The notes beneath the pieces were generated by a model. That model did no database searches, was not told the DNA's origin, and saw only the letters and a list, made by a program, of their open reading frames with translations. From the NCBI GenBank assembly GCA_013265495.1, contig MU058718.1:4237648-4301647 (forward strand): a stretch of DNA of 64,000 nt, given 5' to 3'. The first letter of the stretch is position 1. Each line of letters begins with the position of its first letter. A program made the position numbers and the translations under genes. Shown one piece after another: positions 13,661 through 26,700 of the stretch. This DNA comes from Vicugna vicugna. Lineage: Eukaryota.

Positions 13661-13693
13661 TTCAGTCAATACATAATAACTAATATTATTCTT

Positions 13694-14851
13694 TTTTTTA
13701 AATTGAAGTATAGTCAGTTTACAATGTGTCCATTACTTCTGGTGTACAGCATAATGTTTCAGTCATACATAAACATGCATATATTCATTTTCATATTCTT
13801 TATCATTATAAGTTACTAAGATATTGAATAGGTTACTAAAGATATTGAATATATTTCCCTGTGCTGTATAGTGTGAACTTGTTGTTTATCTGTTTTATAT
13901 ACACTAGTTAATATTCACAAATCCCAAACTTCCAATTTATCCCTTCCCACCCCTTTTCCCCCTGGTAACCATAAGATTGTTTACTATGTCTGTTAGTCTG
14001 TTTTTGTTTTGTAGATAAGTTTACTAGTGTCATCTTTTTTCTTTTTTTAGATTCCACATATGAGTGATATATGGCATTTTTCTTTCTCTTTCTGACTTAC
14101 TTCACTTACAATCTCCTGGACAATCTCCAGGTCCATTCATGTTGCTGCAAATGGCATTATTTTATTCATTTTCATGGCTGAGTAGTATTCCATTTTATAA
14201 ATATACCACAGCTTCTTTATCCAGTCACCTGTTGATGGACATTTAGGTTGCTTCCATGTCTTAGCTATTGTAAATAGTGCTGCTATGAACATTGGGGTGC
14301 ATGTATCCATTCGAATTAGAGAGTCTTCTGGATATATGCCCAGGAGTGGGATTGCTGGATCACATGGTAAGTCTATTTTTAGTTTTTTAAGGAACTTCCG
14401 TACTGTTTCCCTAGTGGCACCAAACTGCATTCCCACCCACAGTGTAGGTTCCCTTTTCTCCACACCCTCTTCAGCACTTATCATTAAATGTCCATCTGTG
14501 AACTTTTTAATGATGGCCATTCTGACTGGTATGAGGTAATACCTCATTGTAGTTTTGATTTGCATTTCTCTGATAAGTAGAGATATTGAGAATTTTTTCA
14601 TGTGCTTATTGACCATTTGTATGTTTTCATTGGACAATTGCTTATTTAGGTCTCCTGCCCATTTTGGGATTAGGTTGTTTGGTTTTTTTGTTGTTATTAA
14701 GTTGTATAAGCTGTTTATATATTCTGGAAATTAAACTTTTGTCAGCTGCATCATTTGCAAATATTTTCTCCCATTCTGTAGGTTGTGGTTTTGTTCGTGG
14801 TTTCCTTTGCTGTGCAAAAGCTTGTTAAGTTTAATTAACTTTTGTTTATTG
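13694..14851 (-). mobile_element. 5'-truncated L1 with ORF2 C-terminal remnant
   Basis: ORF 14137-14637 translates [12 protein letters not shown]...[11 protein letters not shown]...[17 protein letters not shown](A/G)TTATTCTT at 13680-13693 and 14852-14865. Confidence 0.95.
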
Positions 14852-15155
14852 CTAATGTTATTCTTATTGTTCTAGATTTTTGTTTAGGATAAATTCCTAG
14901 AAGTGAGATTACTGGAATAGGAGTGTAAGTGTTACTAAATGGCACCTATAGAAACTATGTGTACAACTTTTGAATTTTAGGAAACTGTCTAAATTTGACT
15001 GCTAGAAACAAGGGTGTTCATTCATATCTATAACACTAGGTGTTTGAGAGGATATATACCAAGATATTAGCAGTGGTCATCTCTGGATGGAAGGACAAAG
15101 GGTATTGCTGCATTGATAAATGGCAAAGACATTCTTCCTCCTGCACCAGGTTGGG

Positions 15156-15318
15156 TTTTTTTAATTTAATTTTTTTTAAATTTTGTACTTTGGTGAGGGA
15201 AGTAATTAGGTAGATAGGTAGGTAGGTTTGTTTGTTTGCTTAATGGAGGTACTGGGGACTGAACCCAGGACCTTGTGCATGCTAAGCATACACTCCACCA
15301 CTGAACTATACCCTCCCC
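15156..15318 (-). mobile_element. Vic-1-type tRNA-Ala SINE, full length with tail
   Basis: Minus strand reads GGGGAGGGTATAGTTCAGTGG...GCTTAGCATGCACAAGGTCCTGGGTTCAGTCCCCAGTACCTCC...ACCTAATTACTTCCCC followed by an A-rich tail. Confidence 0.9.
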
Positions 15319-16956
15319 TCAAGGTTGTTTTAATGCTGGCTTGTTTTAATGCTTCTCCCATCAGAAGACTCCTATTAAAATGCAAAATGTTAAAGGGAAG
15401 TTGCCACATTCAACTCCGGAACTCACTGGCACACACACAATAACCCAGGTTATTGATCCAATCAGCTGGCTGTTAACTCTTGGCCCAGAAAGAAGACAGA
15501 TGGAAGGACAGGGGCTGGGCTACCATCCCACAAGGGCAAGCCCAGAATAAGAGGGGTGGCAGTGGGGGTTCCAAGGGCTAGAAGGCACGTTAAAAAAAAC
15601 AATCAAATGCTCAAGAAAAGGAAACCAAAAACCAAAGCAGTGAGCGGGTTTCCAGAGAAGGGCTTGAAAGGGAATGGCCACCTGCTCTCTGAGATGATGG
15701 ATGTGCCCACCCACCTGCCCCCATCTTGTTAGTTACCAAGTCCTAGCTACCAACTTGACCCCTAAGCCACCCTGACCACCACCAGGGATGTTGGGCCACC
15801 GTCACCTCTCAAGGGATTGATGGCAGCCTCCTTACTGACCTCCCTGTCCCTACTCTTGTCCTAAAATCCAGCCCAGGGGATTTTTTTCTAACAAGCAAGT
15901 CTGACTCCATTTCCAGTCTCCTTCTATGTTCCCACTTCCATGCAATATGTTCAAGACCTAAACTTGGCATTGGCAGCTCACAGTTCTATTCAAAACGGCA
16001 GCTTTTTAGAAAGTTACATTATGAACTACTTAAAACCCACAAAAAGGCATAAAGACTATAACAACACTCATACCCACCCCCTAACTTGAGAGATAAAGCC
16101 TTATCTCTAACACAGCCGAGGCTCCCCATGCACCGCCCCTCCCCACCCTCTCCCACAGAGGTAACTGCCATCCTGCATCTGTCATTATTCCTTTGGTATC
16201 TTTGTAATGTCACTTAACATGGCTTCTTTGTTTCATGATAACTGGTCATTCTTCCTTGTGAGCCTCTCTTGTGGTTGGATTTCAATGAAGTCCAAGAAAT
16301 GCTAAGAAGAGACCATTTGAAATGGTTGTCCCTTCAGGCACAATCTCAGGCTCTCAGGTTGTGTCTCCTTCCCCTTGCTGCTCTCCAACGTGGCACCCAG
16401 GGAACTCACTGGATGGCTGGGTGGGAGGGGTGTTGTCTTTTGTGACCTTCTGGTTGAGGGTTGGGAGACGAAGTTCTCAAATCCATACGTCATCCTCCAG
16501 ATCCTCGCTGATTCCTGTGGTAGGGTGGCTGGAGCTCCTCATCTGGACCCAGCCTGCCACCCTGACTCCAGGGGTGTCTGCCATCTTCTCCTCTAGCCCG
16601 TGATCCGAGAGGCCCACTTGGCCTTTGCTGTGGCCTCCCCTTGTCCTTCACCACTGCAGAACCCACAGTAGGCTCACTGATTCTCAACTCAACCATCTCC
16701 CATAATATATGGAAACTTCTGTGTCTACTCTAAGCCACATGGGGACTGAAGGGGGTTTGGAAGAGTCAAGTGCCAGCCCTTCCTCTGCCTAATCGCACCA
16801 CTCTGTCCGTTTGGCTCTGATAAGTTGGTGCAGTCAGAGAGACATTCTCCTTTCTGATCCCAAAGGTGAAGCAGGGCAACCCCCCCGGTCAGGTGGTCAC
16901 ATCAGCCTACCAGACAGTTAGACAACGTTGTCCTTCATCTGCACCCTTCTTACCTC

Positions 16957-17447
16957 TGGGGTAGGTGGTCTCCAAAGAGGACCACTGTTAATTCATCTCC
17001 CCCTGTATGTGCATACTGCTTGTCCCATCAAGAAGTAGAAGATACTTCTATTCGGGGCTGGCCTTGTGACTTGCTTTGATCAACAGAGTGCAGTGGAAGT
17101 AATGTTCTGGTACTTCTGAACCCAGACCTTACATGCACTGGAAACGTCCTCTTCCTCACAACTGGAAGCCATCTGCCATGTGCCCTGAGATCACCATGCT
17201 ATGAGAAAGCCCCAGTTATCCACATGAAGAGGCCAGAGAGAGGCAAGAAAGAGAGGCCCAGCCAGCCCCAGCTCTTCCATTTACCTCAGCTGAGGCACCA
17301 AACTTGGGATCAAGAAGTTATTCTGGATGTTCCAACCCCAGCTGAACTCAGCTCAGATTGTAGAATGATAGGAAATGACAAAATGTAGTTTTAAGCCACT
17401 AAATTTGAGAGGGTGGCTTATTAGGCAGCAATAGCTGAATAAAACAC
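16957..17447 (+). mobile_element. MLT1-type MaLR solo LTR
   Basis: GGCTGGCCTTGTGACTTGCTTTGATCAACAGA...TTTTAAGCCACTAAATTTGAG...GCAGCAATAG. Confidence 0.8.
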
Positions 17448-17732
17448 CTCTCCAGCTGCATTTTCCACTGCCGGCCTCATATTTATCCCCCAACAGCTCA
17501 TATCAGCTTGTGGCTCCCTGCATACGCTATGCTGTGTCTCACTTTCGTACCTTTATTCAAGCTATAATCTCTCTTTTCCCACCTCTCTCCTTTGCCTGCC
17601 TATCTCCTGTTCCACTTCTGTCTCTTTCCTTTTTTTTTAAGAGGCATCCATGATACCCTAGGCAAATCACATCATTAAGCTAATAAATTAATTGTTTCTT
17701 TATGTGTCTGCCTCCCAAACTAGGCTTGAACT

Positions 17733-18051
17733 CTTTTTAAAAATATTTTTATTTTTATATAATTTTAAAGGTTACTTTAAAATTCACAGTTGTGACAGAA
17801 TATTGACTATATTCCCCGAGTTTTATGGTACATCCATGAGCCTATTTTATACCCAGTAGTTTGTACCTCCCATTCCCCCACCTCCATGCTGCCCCTCCCC
17901 ACCACTGGTAACCACTAGTTTGTTCTCTATATCTGTGGTCTGCTGCTTTTTTGTTTTATTCACTAGTTCGTTGTATTTTTAAGATTCCACATATAAGTGA
18001 TATCATACAGTATTTGTCTTTCTTGTTCTGACTTATTTCACTAAGTATAAT
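17733..18051 (-). mobile_element. short L1 3'-end insertion within an L2 remnant
   Basis: GGTAACCACTAGTTTGTTCTCTATATCTGTG...AGATTCCACATATAAGTGA; TSD TAGGCTTGAA(C/T)TCTTT at about 17721 and 18052. Confidence 0.85.
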
Positions 18052-18164
18052 TAGGCTTGAATTCTTTAAAGCTGGTACCATGTCTCATTTAGCTTTGAGA
18101 CACCTCTTTATATGGAAATGCACAAGCAGGTCCCTTAAACTCCTTTAGCTCAGTTTCCCTGTAT

Positions 18165-18690
18165 CAGTGAGGGATGGCATTCAGTTGTCTGTAGCAGAAA
18201 CCCAATCTCACTGGGTTAACCAAATAATGGCTTATTTTTTTCACATAGCAAGTCTGAAAGTAGGCCTGGGGGTAGAAACAATGGCTTTACAATGTCAGAA
18301 TATTCCAGCTTCCTTCTCTCTTCCTGCTCCACCACCCTCAGAATATGGCTGTCCTCCTGTGGCTGCCTCAGGATCACAATATGGCTGCTCTACCACCAGC
18401 CTCATACCCATGTTCCAGGCAGGGAGAAGAAAGGAACAAGGAAGAAGGGGCAATGTCCCTTGGAAAGGAACACTTTCCCAGAAGTCCCAAGATCTCTACT
18501 CAAGTCTCACTGGCCAGAACCATATCACATGGCCATCCATAGATGCAGGAGAGACATGATAAAATGTTTGCAAAATGATAAATCACCCAGTGAGCCTAAA
18601 CTTTGAAGTAGAAGCAGTAAATCTTAGGGTTATCTTTCTATAAGGAACAAGGAGAGAATGGATGTTGGGTAGCAACCAATAGTATCTGTC
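18165..18690 (-). mobile_element. MLT1-type MaLR LTR
   Basis: TTATTTTTTTCACATAGCAAG, CAATATGGCTGCT and CACTGGCCAGAACCATATCACATGGCCA. Confidence 0.7.
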
Positions 18691-19331
18691 TCGTTCCCCA
18701 CCTGTTAAACAGGATTAGGATCTACCTCATAGAGTTGATAAAATTAAGAGAGAATGCAAGCAAAATATTGTGTACCAGGGACATAGTAAGCTCAATAAAA
18801 GCAATTATCTTTCTGCATTTCCAGATGTGGCACTTAATTCAAACATCCAAGAGTTTTCCTTGAAGGGGCAGAGAAGGAGTTGGCTCAGGGCAGCTGTCTC
18901 ACTCTCTGTCTGCAGTGCTTCTGCAGTGAATTTGCTTCTGATGATTAACAAATCTTTTCTCAGTAGCCTCTTCAACTATTAATAAATTCAAATAGGATGA
19001 TCACTGTGACTCTTGACCGACAATGTGTGACCCAGAAAAAACAAAGCTGGGAGAGACACAAAAGGCAAATGAACTGTTTTCATTGCTTTGTGGCTACAGA
19101 GTTGCATAGTTCATTTCTGATGCATGGAAAAATATCCAGCACAGACAATTGGTGAGTGGCCTCAGACCAGGGTACTTAGGAATAAACTCTCCACTGTCTT
19201 AGTCACTGGGACCTGGCAATGTTAGCAAAAGGAAAATTTGTTTGCTAAGAACCTGCTCTGCAAATCTACGACCCCCTTGCCCCACTGGGTTTTGTTTGTT
19301 TGTTTGCTTAAGCAGACTATTTAAAAATTTC

Positions 19332-19810
19332 TGTATTGGCTAGGACATTTTTGCTTACAAGGGAAAAGCTCAAAAAGGCTTATTAAAAGGTGAATTTATT
19401 GGTTTGAGTGACTAAAAAGTCCAAAGTAGAGTTTCAGGTCCAGCTAGATCCAGGTGCTCAGGAATCTCAGTGTCTCCAAGGCTCTGCCTCTGTAGTAACA
19501 AAACAGGCCCCTTGCAGCTCCTAAATCACAACCTCCTGGCTCAGCAGCTCCAGCAGAAAGAGGATGCCTTTTCCACAGTGGTTCCAGGAAAAGCTCCAGG
19601 ATTGGTCCAACTTGGGTCACATGCTCACCCCTGAACTAATCACTATGCTAAGGGAATATGGTTCTCTTACTGACTAGTCTGGGTCACATGCCTGAGCCCA
19701 GAGCCCGTGGGTGGAGTCAGCCCTGTTCAAGGACTTAGGCTGAGAATAGGGAAGGTTGGTCCTCCAGAGGTTAGTTGGGGTGCTCTTGCCAGCAGAACAG
19801 TGTGGCCAGG
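19332..19810 (-). mobile_element. MLT1K/L-like MaLR LTR
   Basis: CAGCTAGATCCAGGTGCTCA and CTTGGGTCACATGCTCACCCCTGAACTAATCACT. Confidence 0.7.
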
Positions 19811-21244
19811 CCAGTCTCCAAAAAGCTAGAGTTCTGCCCAGATTTGGATTCATTTAGATACTATTGAATGTTAATACCTTAATAATTCCAGTGACACTCT
19901 TTGCCATCTGTCAAAATCCTACTCATTTTTCAGGCTCATTTCAAATGTCACCACAAACAAATCTCCCTAATAAGATTAATTTTCTATCAGCACTTTGTTT
20001 ATTCCCTCTCCCCTTCCTGGCGTGTATCATTTCTTGCCATGGGGCATGGTGAGTTACACACCCATTTGTCTCCACTCTGGAGCTGAATGAGGCACACTCC
20101 CACTCACCACCAAGAGCCTGAGGATGAGGGCTTCTGTCCAGATGTGACCAGGCCTCAGAATGAAAAGAATGCAGGATGGTGAGGCGGGGAGATCACATGC
20201 CCCCCTCCAGGAAGAAAATACATCCATGGATCAAAATTGGATTTTAGAAGTCAGGCTAGCTTTTCTTTTTTAAGGCATATTGGAACCACATTTTTTTTTT
20301 TTAAATATACTGTGGTGAAACCTGGAGTGAAGCTGCAAAGAGATTCAAATGCTGAGATGGCAGTTGTCTTGGAAATGACATGTCCTGAATGAATTAGGGG
20401 GAGAGAGTTGTGAGACGCCTTCCTCCCTTTAATAAACAAAATGCAAATATCCCAGATGCCTTTTACACTCTTCCCAGGGCTAGCAGCTTATTAATCAGTT
20501 CAGAACCATTCTGCAATTTTTTTTAATAAGCTGTCTGTTTCCTTTCCTGTCATTGGTGGCTTCATTCCAGGGACACTCCCCTTGGGAGGGAAGGAGACGA
20601 TGTACCGAGATCCTTCCAGCGTCTTGCAGGCACCTGCAGACTTCCCTTAAATGTTTCCTGTTCAACTCAACAGGTTTTAATTATGTGAACTAATATTTGC
20701 TCACTATTAAACCATGTTTAACCTCGTAAAAGGCAAACTCCAAAGGACTGGGATTAGGCAAGCCCAGAAAGAGCTGAACGTATGTTTACACGTGCTCATG
20801 TTTCCCGCCACCTCGCATTACCTCACGGCTCTGTCCTTCTGGGGCTTCTGTACCTTGGTCTTCATCTTGGAAGCAAACGATCACAAGTTCTCTCTTTTCA
20901 ATTTCCCCCTGTCCCTGCTGGAAGCAGGACTAAGTTCTCCTCCTACAGACACCTCATTTTTCTGTGCAGAAATATCCTCTGTTGGTTCTGTAGTAAAGAC
21001 TAACTCTTTGTGACCCTAATGCAACAGTGCTTCCCTTTCTGTGGCTTCTGGGTCATATTTCTGAACCAAAAGTGGAAAACTGCCTCAGAAAATGTGAGAT
21101 GTATTGTTTCTCAGTTCTTGTCAAGCATATCGTGTAGTTTGTTCCACTGCCAAGTTTCTTCCTTATGATTCTGACATGTTGGTCCTAAAACACACTCATT
21201 TCCCATAACCAAAAGGGCCTGGGGGTGGGAGGCACTTTACAATC

Positions 21245-22475
21245 CAGAGATATAAAAATACTTAAATGTAAGACAGGACACCATAAATCTCTTAGAGGAG
21301 AACATAGGGAAAATATTCTCTGACATAAATCATAGCAATGTTTTCCTAGGTCAGCCTCCCAAGGCAATAGAAATAAAAGCAAAAATAAACAAATGGGATC
21401 TAATTAAACTTATAAACTTTTGCACAGCAAAGGAAACCACAAACAAAATGAAAAGACAACCTACGGAATGGGAGAATGTATTTGCAAATGATGTGACTAA
21501 CAAGGGCTTAACTTCCAGAATATACAAATACCACATACAACTCAATAACAAAACAAAACCAACCTAATCAAAAATAGACAGAAGACCTAAACAGATATTT
21601 CTCCAATGAAGACGTATGACCATATGACCAATGAAGACAATGAGGCCAATAGGTACATGAAAAAATGCTCAGTATTGCTAATTATCAGAGAAATGCAAAT
21701 CAAAACTACAATGAGGTATCACCTCACACCGGTCAGAATGGCCATCATTAAAAAGTCCACAAATAGACATTTAATGATAAATGCTGAAGAGGATGTGGAG
21801 AAAAGGGAACCTACACTGTGGGTGGGAATGCAGTTTGGTGCCACTAGGGAAACAATACGGAAGTTCCTTAAAAAACTAAAAATAGACTTACCATGTGATC
21901 CAGCAATCCCACTCCTGGGTACATATCTAGAGAAAACTCCAATTTCACAGCAGCACTATTTACAATAGCCAAGACATGGAAGCAACCTAAATGTCCACCG
22001 ACAGATGACTGGAAAAAGAAGCTGTGGTATATTTATGCAATGGAATACTACTCAGCGATGAAAAAGAATGAAATAATGCCAACTGCAGCAACATGGACAG
22101 GCCTAGAGATTATCATGTATGAAGTAAGTCAGACAGAGAAAGATAAATATCATGTGATATCACTTATATGTGGAATCTTAAAAAAATGACACAAATGACC
22201 TTACTTATAAAACAGAAAGAGACTTATAGACATAGAAAACACACTTTTGATTACCAAAGGGAAGAAGAAGGGAGGGATAAATTGGGAGCTAAAGATTAGC
22301 AGATACAAATTACTATATACAGAATAGGTAAACAACAAGATCCTACTATATTCAATAACTTGTAATAACCTATAATGAAAAAGAATATATATGTATAACT
22401 GAATCACTATACTGTACACCAGAAACTAACACAATATTGTAAATCAACTACACTTCAATTTAAAAAAAAGAGAAA
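21245..22475 (+). mobile_element. 5'-truncated L1 (ORF2 C-terminus plus 3' UTR)
   Basis: ORF2-like translation [25 protein letters not shown]...DPAIPLLG; 3' UTR ending AAATCAACTACACTTCAATT plus A-tail. Confidence 0.95.
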
Positions 22476-23316
22476 AAGGGGGAGCATTTTTTAAATGCCC
22501 ATTAAAACAAAAAAAAGAAATATAAAAATGGAAGCTAGTTACTTCAGACTTCATGTCTGATAATAGCAAACACAGGGGTTTCTAATATATTGTTTGGGGT
22601 GGTTGTTCAATGTTCTTATTTTGAGCTTAGAGATTATGCAAGGTCCTTCTTCCCCTCCCTTAAACATGCACACCAGGCTGCCCCCATGGAGGGTGTGGAA
22701 AGGAAGCAAGAATCAAGTCACACATCTACCAACCAGTGGGAACTGAGCCATTTCATCCACGAAGTAGCTGGAGCAAGAATGGGTAGGCGCCCTTTCGTTT
22801 ACAATAGAGCCTGTGTATGGATCACGAGAACTCTGACCCACACCAGAAGCGCTCAGCACAGTAGATATTTAACAAGGCAAAACGCATGCCCTTCCTCTTC
22901 TCTAAATTTGTTCCGTGATGTTGGTGGAATGAAAGTCTTCGGCTTTCAATACACATCACTCTGATATAAATAACCACCTCTGAGGGCCTCAAGCTTGACT
23001 TCCTCAAAGCTCAGGTCTTCACTTCCCCCAATGTGTGGTCAAACACACCTGTTCCTCCAAAAATGGCACGTTGACTTCTGGGTAAATTATCCTCAGATAG
23101 TTCTGAGGCAAGGTCCACTACCTCATGGCTCGGTTGCACACACATGCAAGATTCTCCATCGTGTTTCTCCAAAGACACTAGCCTACAAATCCAGGTAGGT
23201 GGTTCTGGAAATCAAAGAAAACCTGCCATACACCGAGCTCTTTCATCACTGCTGCCCAGTAGGTATAAATAGTTCAGCTGAAAACATGCCTGTGCAGACA
23301 AACCTGTGTACACTGC

Positions 23317-23338
23317 ACACACACACACACACACACAC
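23317..23338. repeat. (CA)n microsatellite
   Basis: Direct reading. Confidence 0.9.
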
Positions 23339-24499
23339 AAAATGCCATGTGTCACAAACAGTAGAAAATTCCATGCTTTCAGGACGGGCACCGGCCAAAT
23401 CCTTAAATTGTGAAGCTATGAATGTAAGCAGCAAAACGAGTGATTTCAGGCCACTTTTGATTACATTTCTGGAACTTGGCCAGCAGAGTAATTTCCAAGC
23501 AAACCAGCTCAGACGGTTCCCAGTTGCATGTACAGCTCACCAGCCTGAAATCAAGCTCTTTGTCAAGCTGGAGGAATGTTTCTTCTCAGCCCAGCTCAAG
23601 CTCCAGTCCTACAACATGTTAACTCACTCGCAAGTAATCAGCCTTCCCAAAAATGTGCAAGGAAAAATCTCAAAGAGGAGGGGCGCGCAGAACAAAAGCT
23701 CCTCACACTGTGAGCAACTGGAGAGTCTGTGATCAACCAGACAGTTCCACGCTGAGCACTGCTAGTTAACAGACAAGCTGGTGCTCCATTTCAGACAAAG
23801 GAGGAGACTGGACTGGTTCACACACACTTTTCCCATATGTGACCCTACACGTATCACCCAGTTGGTCCAGAAAATAGTTCCCCTTCAGTGGGCGGCCTTG
23901 CTTGAGGAAATCATGTCTATAATCAAAAGCTGACCCTGGGCCTTTGCAATAAAGTTTGAACTGGACCCCATTCTATACTGAGGATGGGCTTAGAGCACAT
24001 AACCTATCTGGGGGCACGTACCCAGGTTGAGAGGAGCTGGGGCCTTAGGAGGGGAGAAGCAGCTTTGGTTTTCCTGACCTGAGAACCCAGATCCAGTGCG
24101 CATCAGGCTATCTTGAGGATTCCAGTGTGGAGCCTTCCTCCTCATTAGACCCAAAAGTCCATGAGAACTGCACTTTAAAGTTCCATAAATACACAGTAAA
24201 TGAGTAACTAGTCACTGACCATTTATAGGCATCGGCATTTGGGGTGACAACCATTGATATAGAACGTTTCCCCCATTTAAAATCTAACTCAGGCTTAAAT
24301 TATTCCAAAGTAAAACAAAAACATTTTAATTTTTGACAGCTTCTTAGCTCTTTGATGTTATCACCTGTCTTGAATTTAAAAAAAATAAATATTTAAAAAT
24401 CTAGGCAGCAAATGGTATAATTTTATTCAGCCCCTAAGTGTTGGATTATAAATTAGTCTCTGTCTCTCACCCTCATAAATTCCAGACTGAGTAAAAAGC

Positions 24500-25800
24500 C
24501 TAATGTGAAAATCAAAATGAGTATGAGAAAGAAACATGAGAGAATAGTTTACAGTCTTGAGATTGGAAAGGACTTTCTAAGCAAGATATAAAACCCGGAA
24601 ACCATAAGGGAAAAGATTTATGAATTTGACTGCATTAAAATTTTAAACTTTGTGAAATAAAAGGCAATACAAGCAAAGACCAGGAGAAAATATTTACAAC
24701 AGCTATAACACAGAATTAACATCCGGAATGAAAAGGACATACACAAACCACCCAATAATTAATATGCACAGAATATTCATAAGAAATTCACAACTATATT
24801 TGGCTAGGTTGAAAGAGCATTACTCATAACCCCCAAAATTCATTCCTAGATACATATACCCAACAGAAATGTATGCACATGTATTCTAAGAAGACATGCA
24901 CAAGAATGTTCACAGCATCATTTATTTGCTAACAGCTAAAAGTTGGGAAGAACCCAAATGTCCATCAATCAATAAGCTGTGGTACATTCACATAATGGAA
25001 TATGATAAGCAATGCAAATGAATACATTAAAGCCATGAGCAAGCCAGGACTCAATGCTGAATGAAGGATGCCAGACGTAAGAGTTCCATTGATATGAAGT
25101 TCAAAAACAGGCATGAGTTATCTATGGAAGTTACATTACAGGATAGGGAGTACTTTGGGGGAGGTAGGAAGTTTGATAATACTCTATTTCCTGACCTGGG
25201 TGGTGGTTACAGAAGAGCTCACCCTGTGTTAATTCTTCCAGCAGTACAGTTGTGACTTGTGTGCTTTTCTGTGTTTTTATACTTCAAGAAATTTTGCTCC
25301 AAAAAATCTAAATGGTCAACAGGCATATGAAAAGATGCCCAACAAAACTGGTCTACCAGAGAAATGCAATTTTAAAGGACACAGTTTTTTCTGCACATAA
25401 TGCTGGCAATTTTTTTTATCTATTAATTTCCAGGGTTGATGAGCGTTTTGGTGGCAATATAAATTGGAATTTCCCAGAAGAAGCTTGGTAATATTTACCC
25501 AGAATTTAACTGTGCATGCCTTTTGGTCCAGAAATTGTACTTCTAGGAATATATCCTTCAGAAATACTTATACAGAAGCACACACATTTGTGTACAAGAA
25601 TGTTTGCTGTAGTATTGTTTGTAATGCTGCAAAATGGCAAACCACCTATGTGTCCTTCAATAGGTAAAGAAGCTATAATACAGCTATGCAATCTGGAAGG
25701 AATGTAGCCTAAAGAAAATGGGGGAAGCCCCTATGTACTAACACAGACAACATTGTTGAGTTAAAAAAAAAAGAGTTACGGAACAGAACATTTTTATGAT
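24500..25800 (+). mobile_element. fragments of old L1 (L1MC/L1ME-like)
   Basis: CAAGAATGTTCACAGCATCATT, ACCCAAATGTCCATCAA, CATATGAAAAGATGC and CTTCTAGGAATATATCCT. Confidence 0.7.
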
Positions 25801-25833
25801 CTTGTTATGTATAAATGACCTGAATATAAATTT

Positions 25834-26141
25834 ATTTTTTTGTTGTTGATTTTTTAATTTAAAAAAAAATTTTTTAAACAAAAATATGTAATGCTTCACG
25901 AATTTGGGTGTCATCCTTGCTCGGGGGCCATTCTATTCTTCTCTGTATCTCCAATTGTAGTGTATGTGCTGCCGAAGTGAGCGCTTGTTGATTTTTTAAA
26001 AATTGAAGTATAGTTGTTTTACAATGTGTTAGTTTCTGATGTACAGCATAATGTTTCAGTTATACACATATATTCTTTTTCATTATAGGTTATTGCAAGA
26101 TATTGAACGTAGTTCCCTGCACTATACAGTAGGTCCTTGTT
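25834..26141 (-). mobile_element. short L1 3'-end insertion whose tail hosts the U6 retrocopy
   Basis: L1 3' UTR at 26000-26141; TSD CTGAAT(A/G)TAAATTT at 25820-25833 and 26142-26155. Confidence 0.85.
25880..25984 (-). pseudogene. RNU6: U6 snRNA processed pseudogene (full-length retrocopy)
   Basis: Reverse complement reads GCGCTCACTTCGGCAGCACATACACTACAATTGG..GATACAGAGAAGAATAGAATGGCCCCCGAGCAAGGATGACACCCAAATTCGTGAAGCATTACATATTTTT; 15-bp TSD TTGTTGATTTTTTAA at 25843-25857 and 25985-25999. Confidence 0.95.
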
Positions 26142-26449
26142 CTGAATGTAAATTTTTAAAACAAACAAGCAAAATTTAAAACAAGAAAACAAAACTGAAA
26201 TCTGATATGGCTCATTGATCTGAGTATCTTAAAATCCCATCACAAAATAAACTTCTCTTGAGAGAAAAGAATTCCCTGAAACCGTCTCTCTGCGTCCTGA
26301 GACGAAGCCTGGGAAGACTGGACCAGGGAGGAAAGAACTGTGTCCCGTTCCACAGCCTCCCAGAGGAGCCTGGGTGTCTCAGAAATGCCAGCTCCCACAC
26401 AGGCCGAGCAAGGGCACATGGAGTCTCTCCAGCCTTTTGTGCTGCCCAA

Positions 26450-26700
26450 GCACTTTCCAATAATTAACTAATCCGCCTCAAGGGCGGGGTGGGTGTGGCT
26501 CGCACAGACCCACTCCCTTCTGTCAGCAGAGGCATCCCCCAGCAGAGGCCGTCCCTCCGCCCTGCCCTGCTGTGGCCCCAAACTCAGGAAGGCGAGGGGG
26601 CCCCTCAGGGCACCGCCCAGCAGACAACAACTTCCTCCCTCAGCACGTTCTCCAGGAAGGGCTGTATTCTCTTCCCTCCTGGCCCCACCTCCGCCTTTGA
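26450..26700. promoter_or_regulatory. GC-rich candidate promoter or enhancer
   Basis: CCAAT 26457, TAATCC 26469, GGGCGGGG 26482 and GGGTGTGG 26491, with locally raised GC and CpG. Confidence 0.35.

Noticed and set aside
14137..14637. 166-aa ORF as a host gene
   Set aside because: It is a degenerate L1 ORF2 C-terminus with the Cys-rich motif frameshifted.
20816..20943. Minus-strand exon candidate (TGTAG acceptor, GAG|GTAATG donor)
   Set aside because: Stops in all three frames and a weak pyrimidine tract.
23199..23732. Longest ORF (177 aa)
   Set aside because: GTG start, runs through a (CA)n repeat (HTHTHT), and has no recognisable domain or exon structure; likely chance.
25880..25984. Functional U6 gene
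   Set aside because: Multiple substitutions and a small deletion, flanking TSD, and the upstream sequence is an L1 tail with no PSE/TATA promoter.
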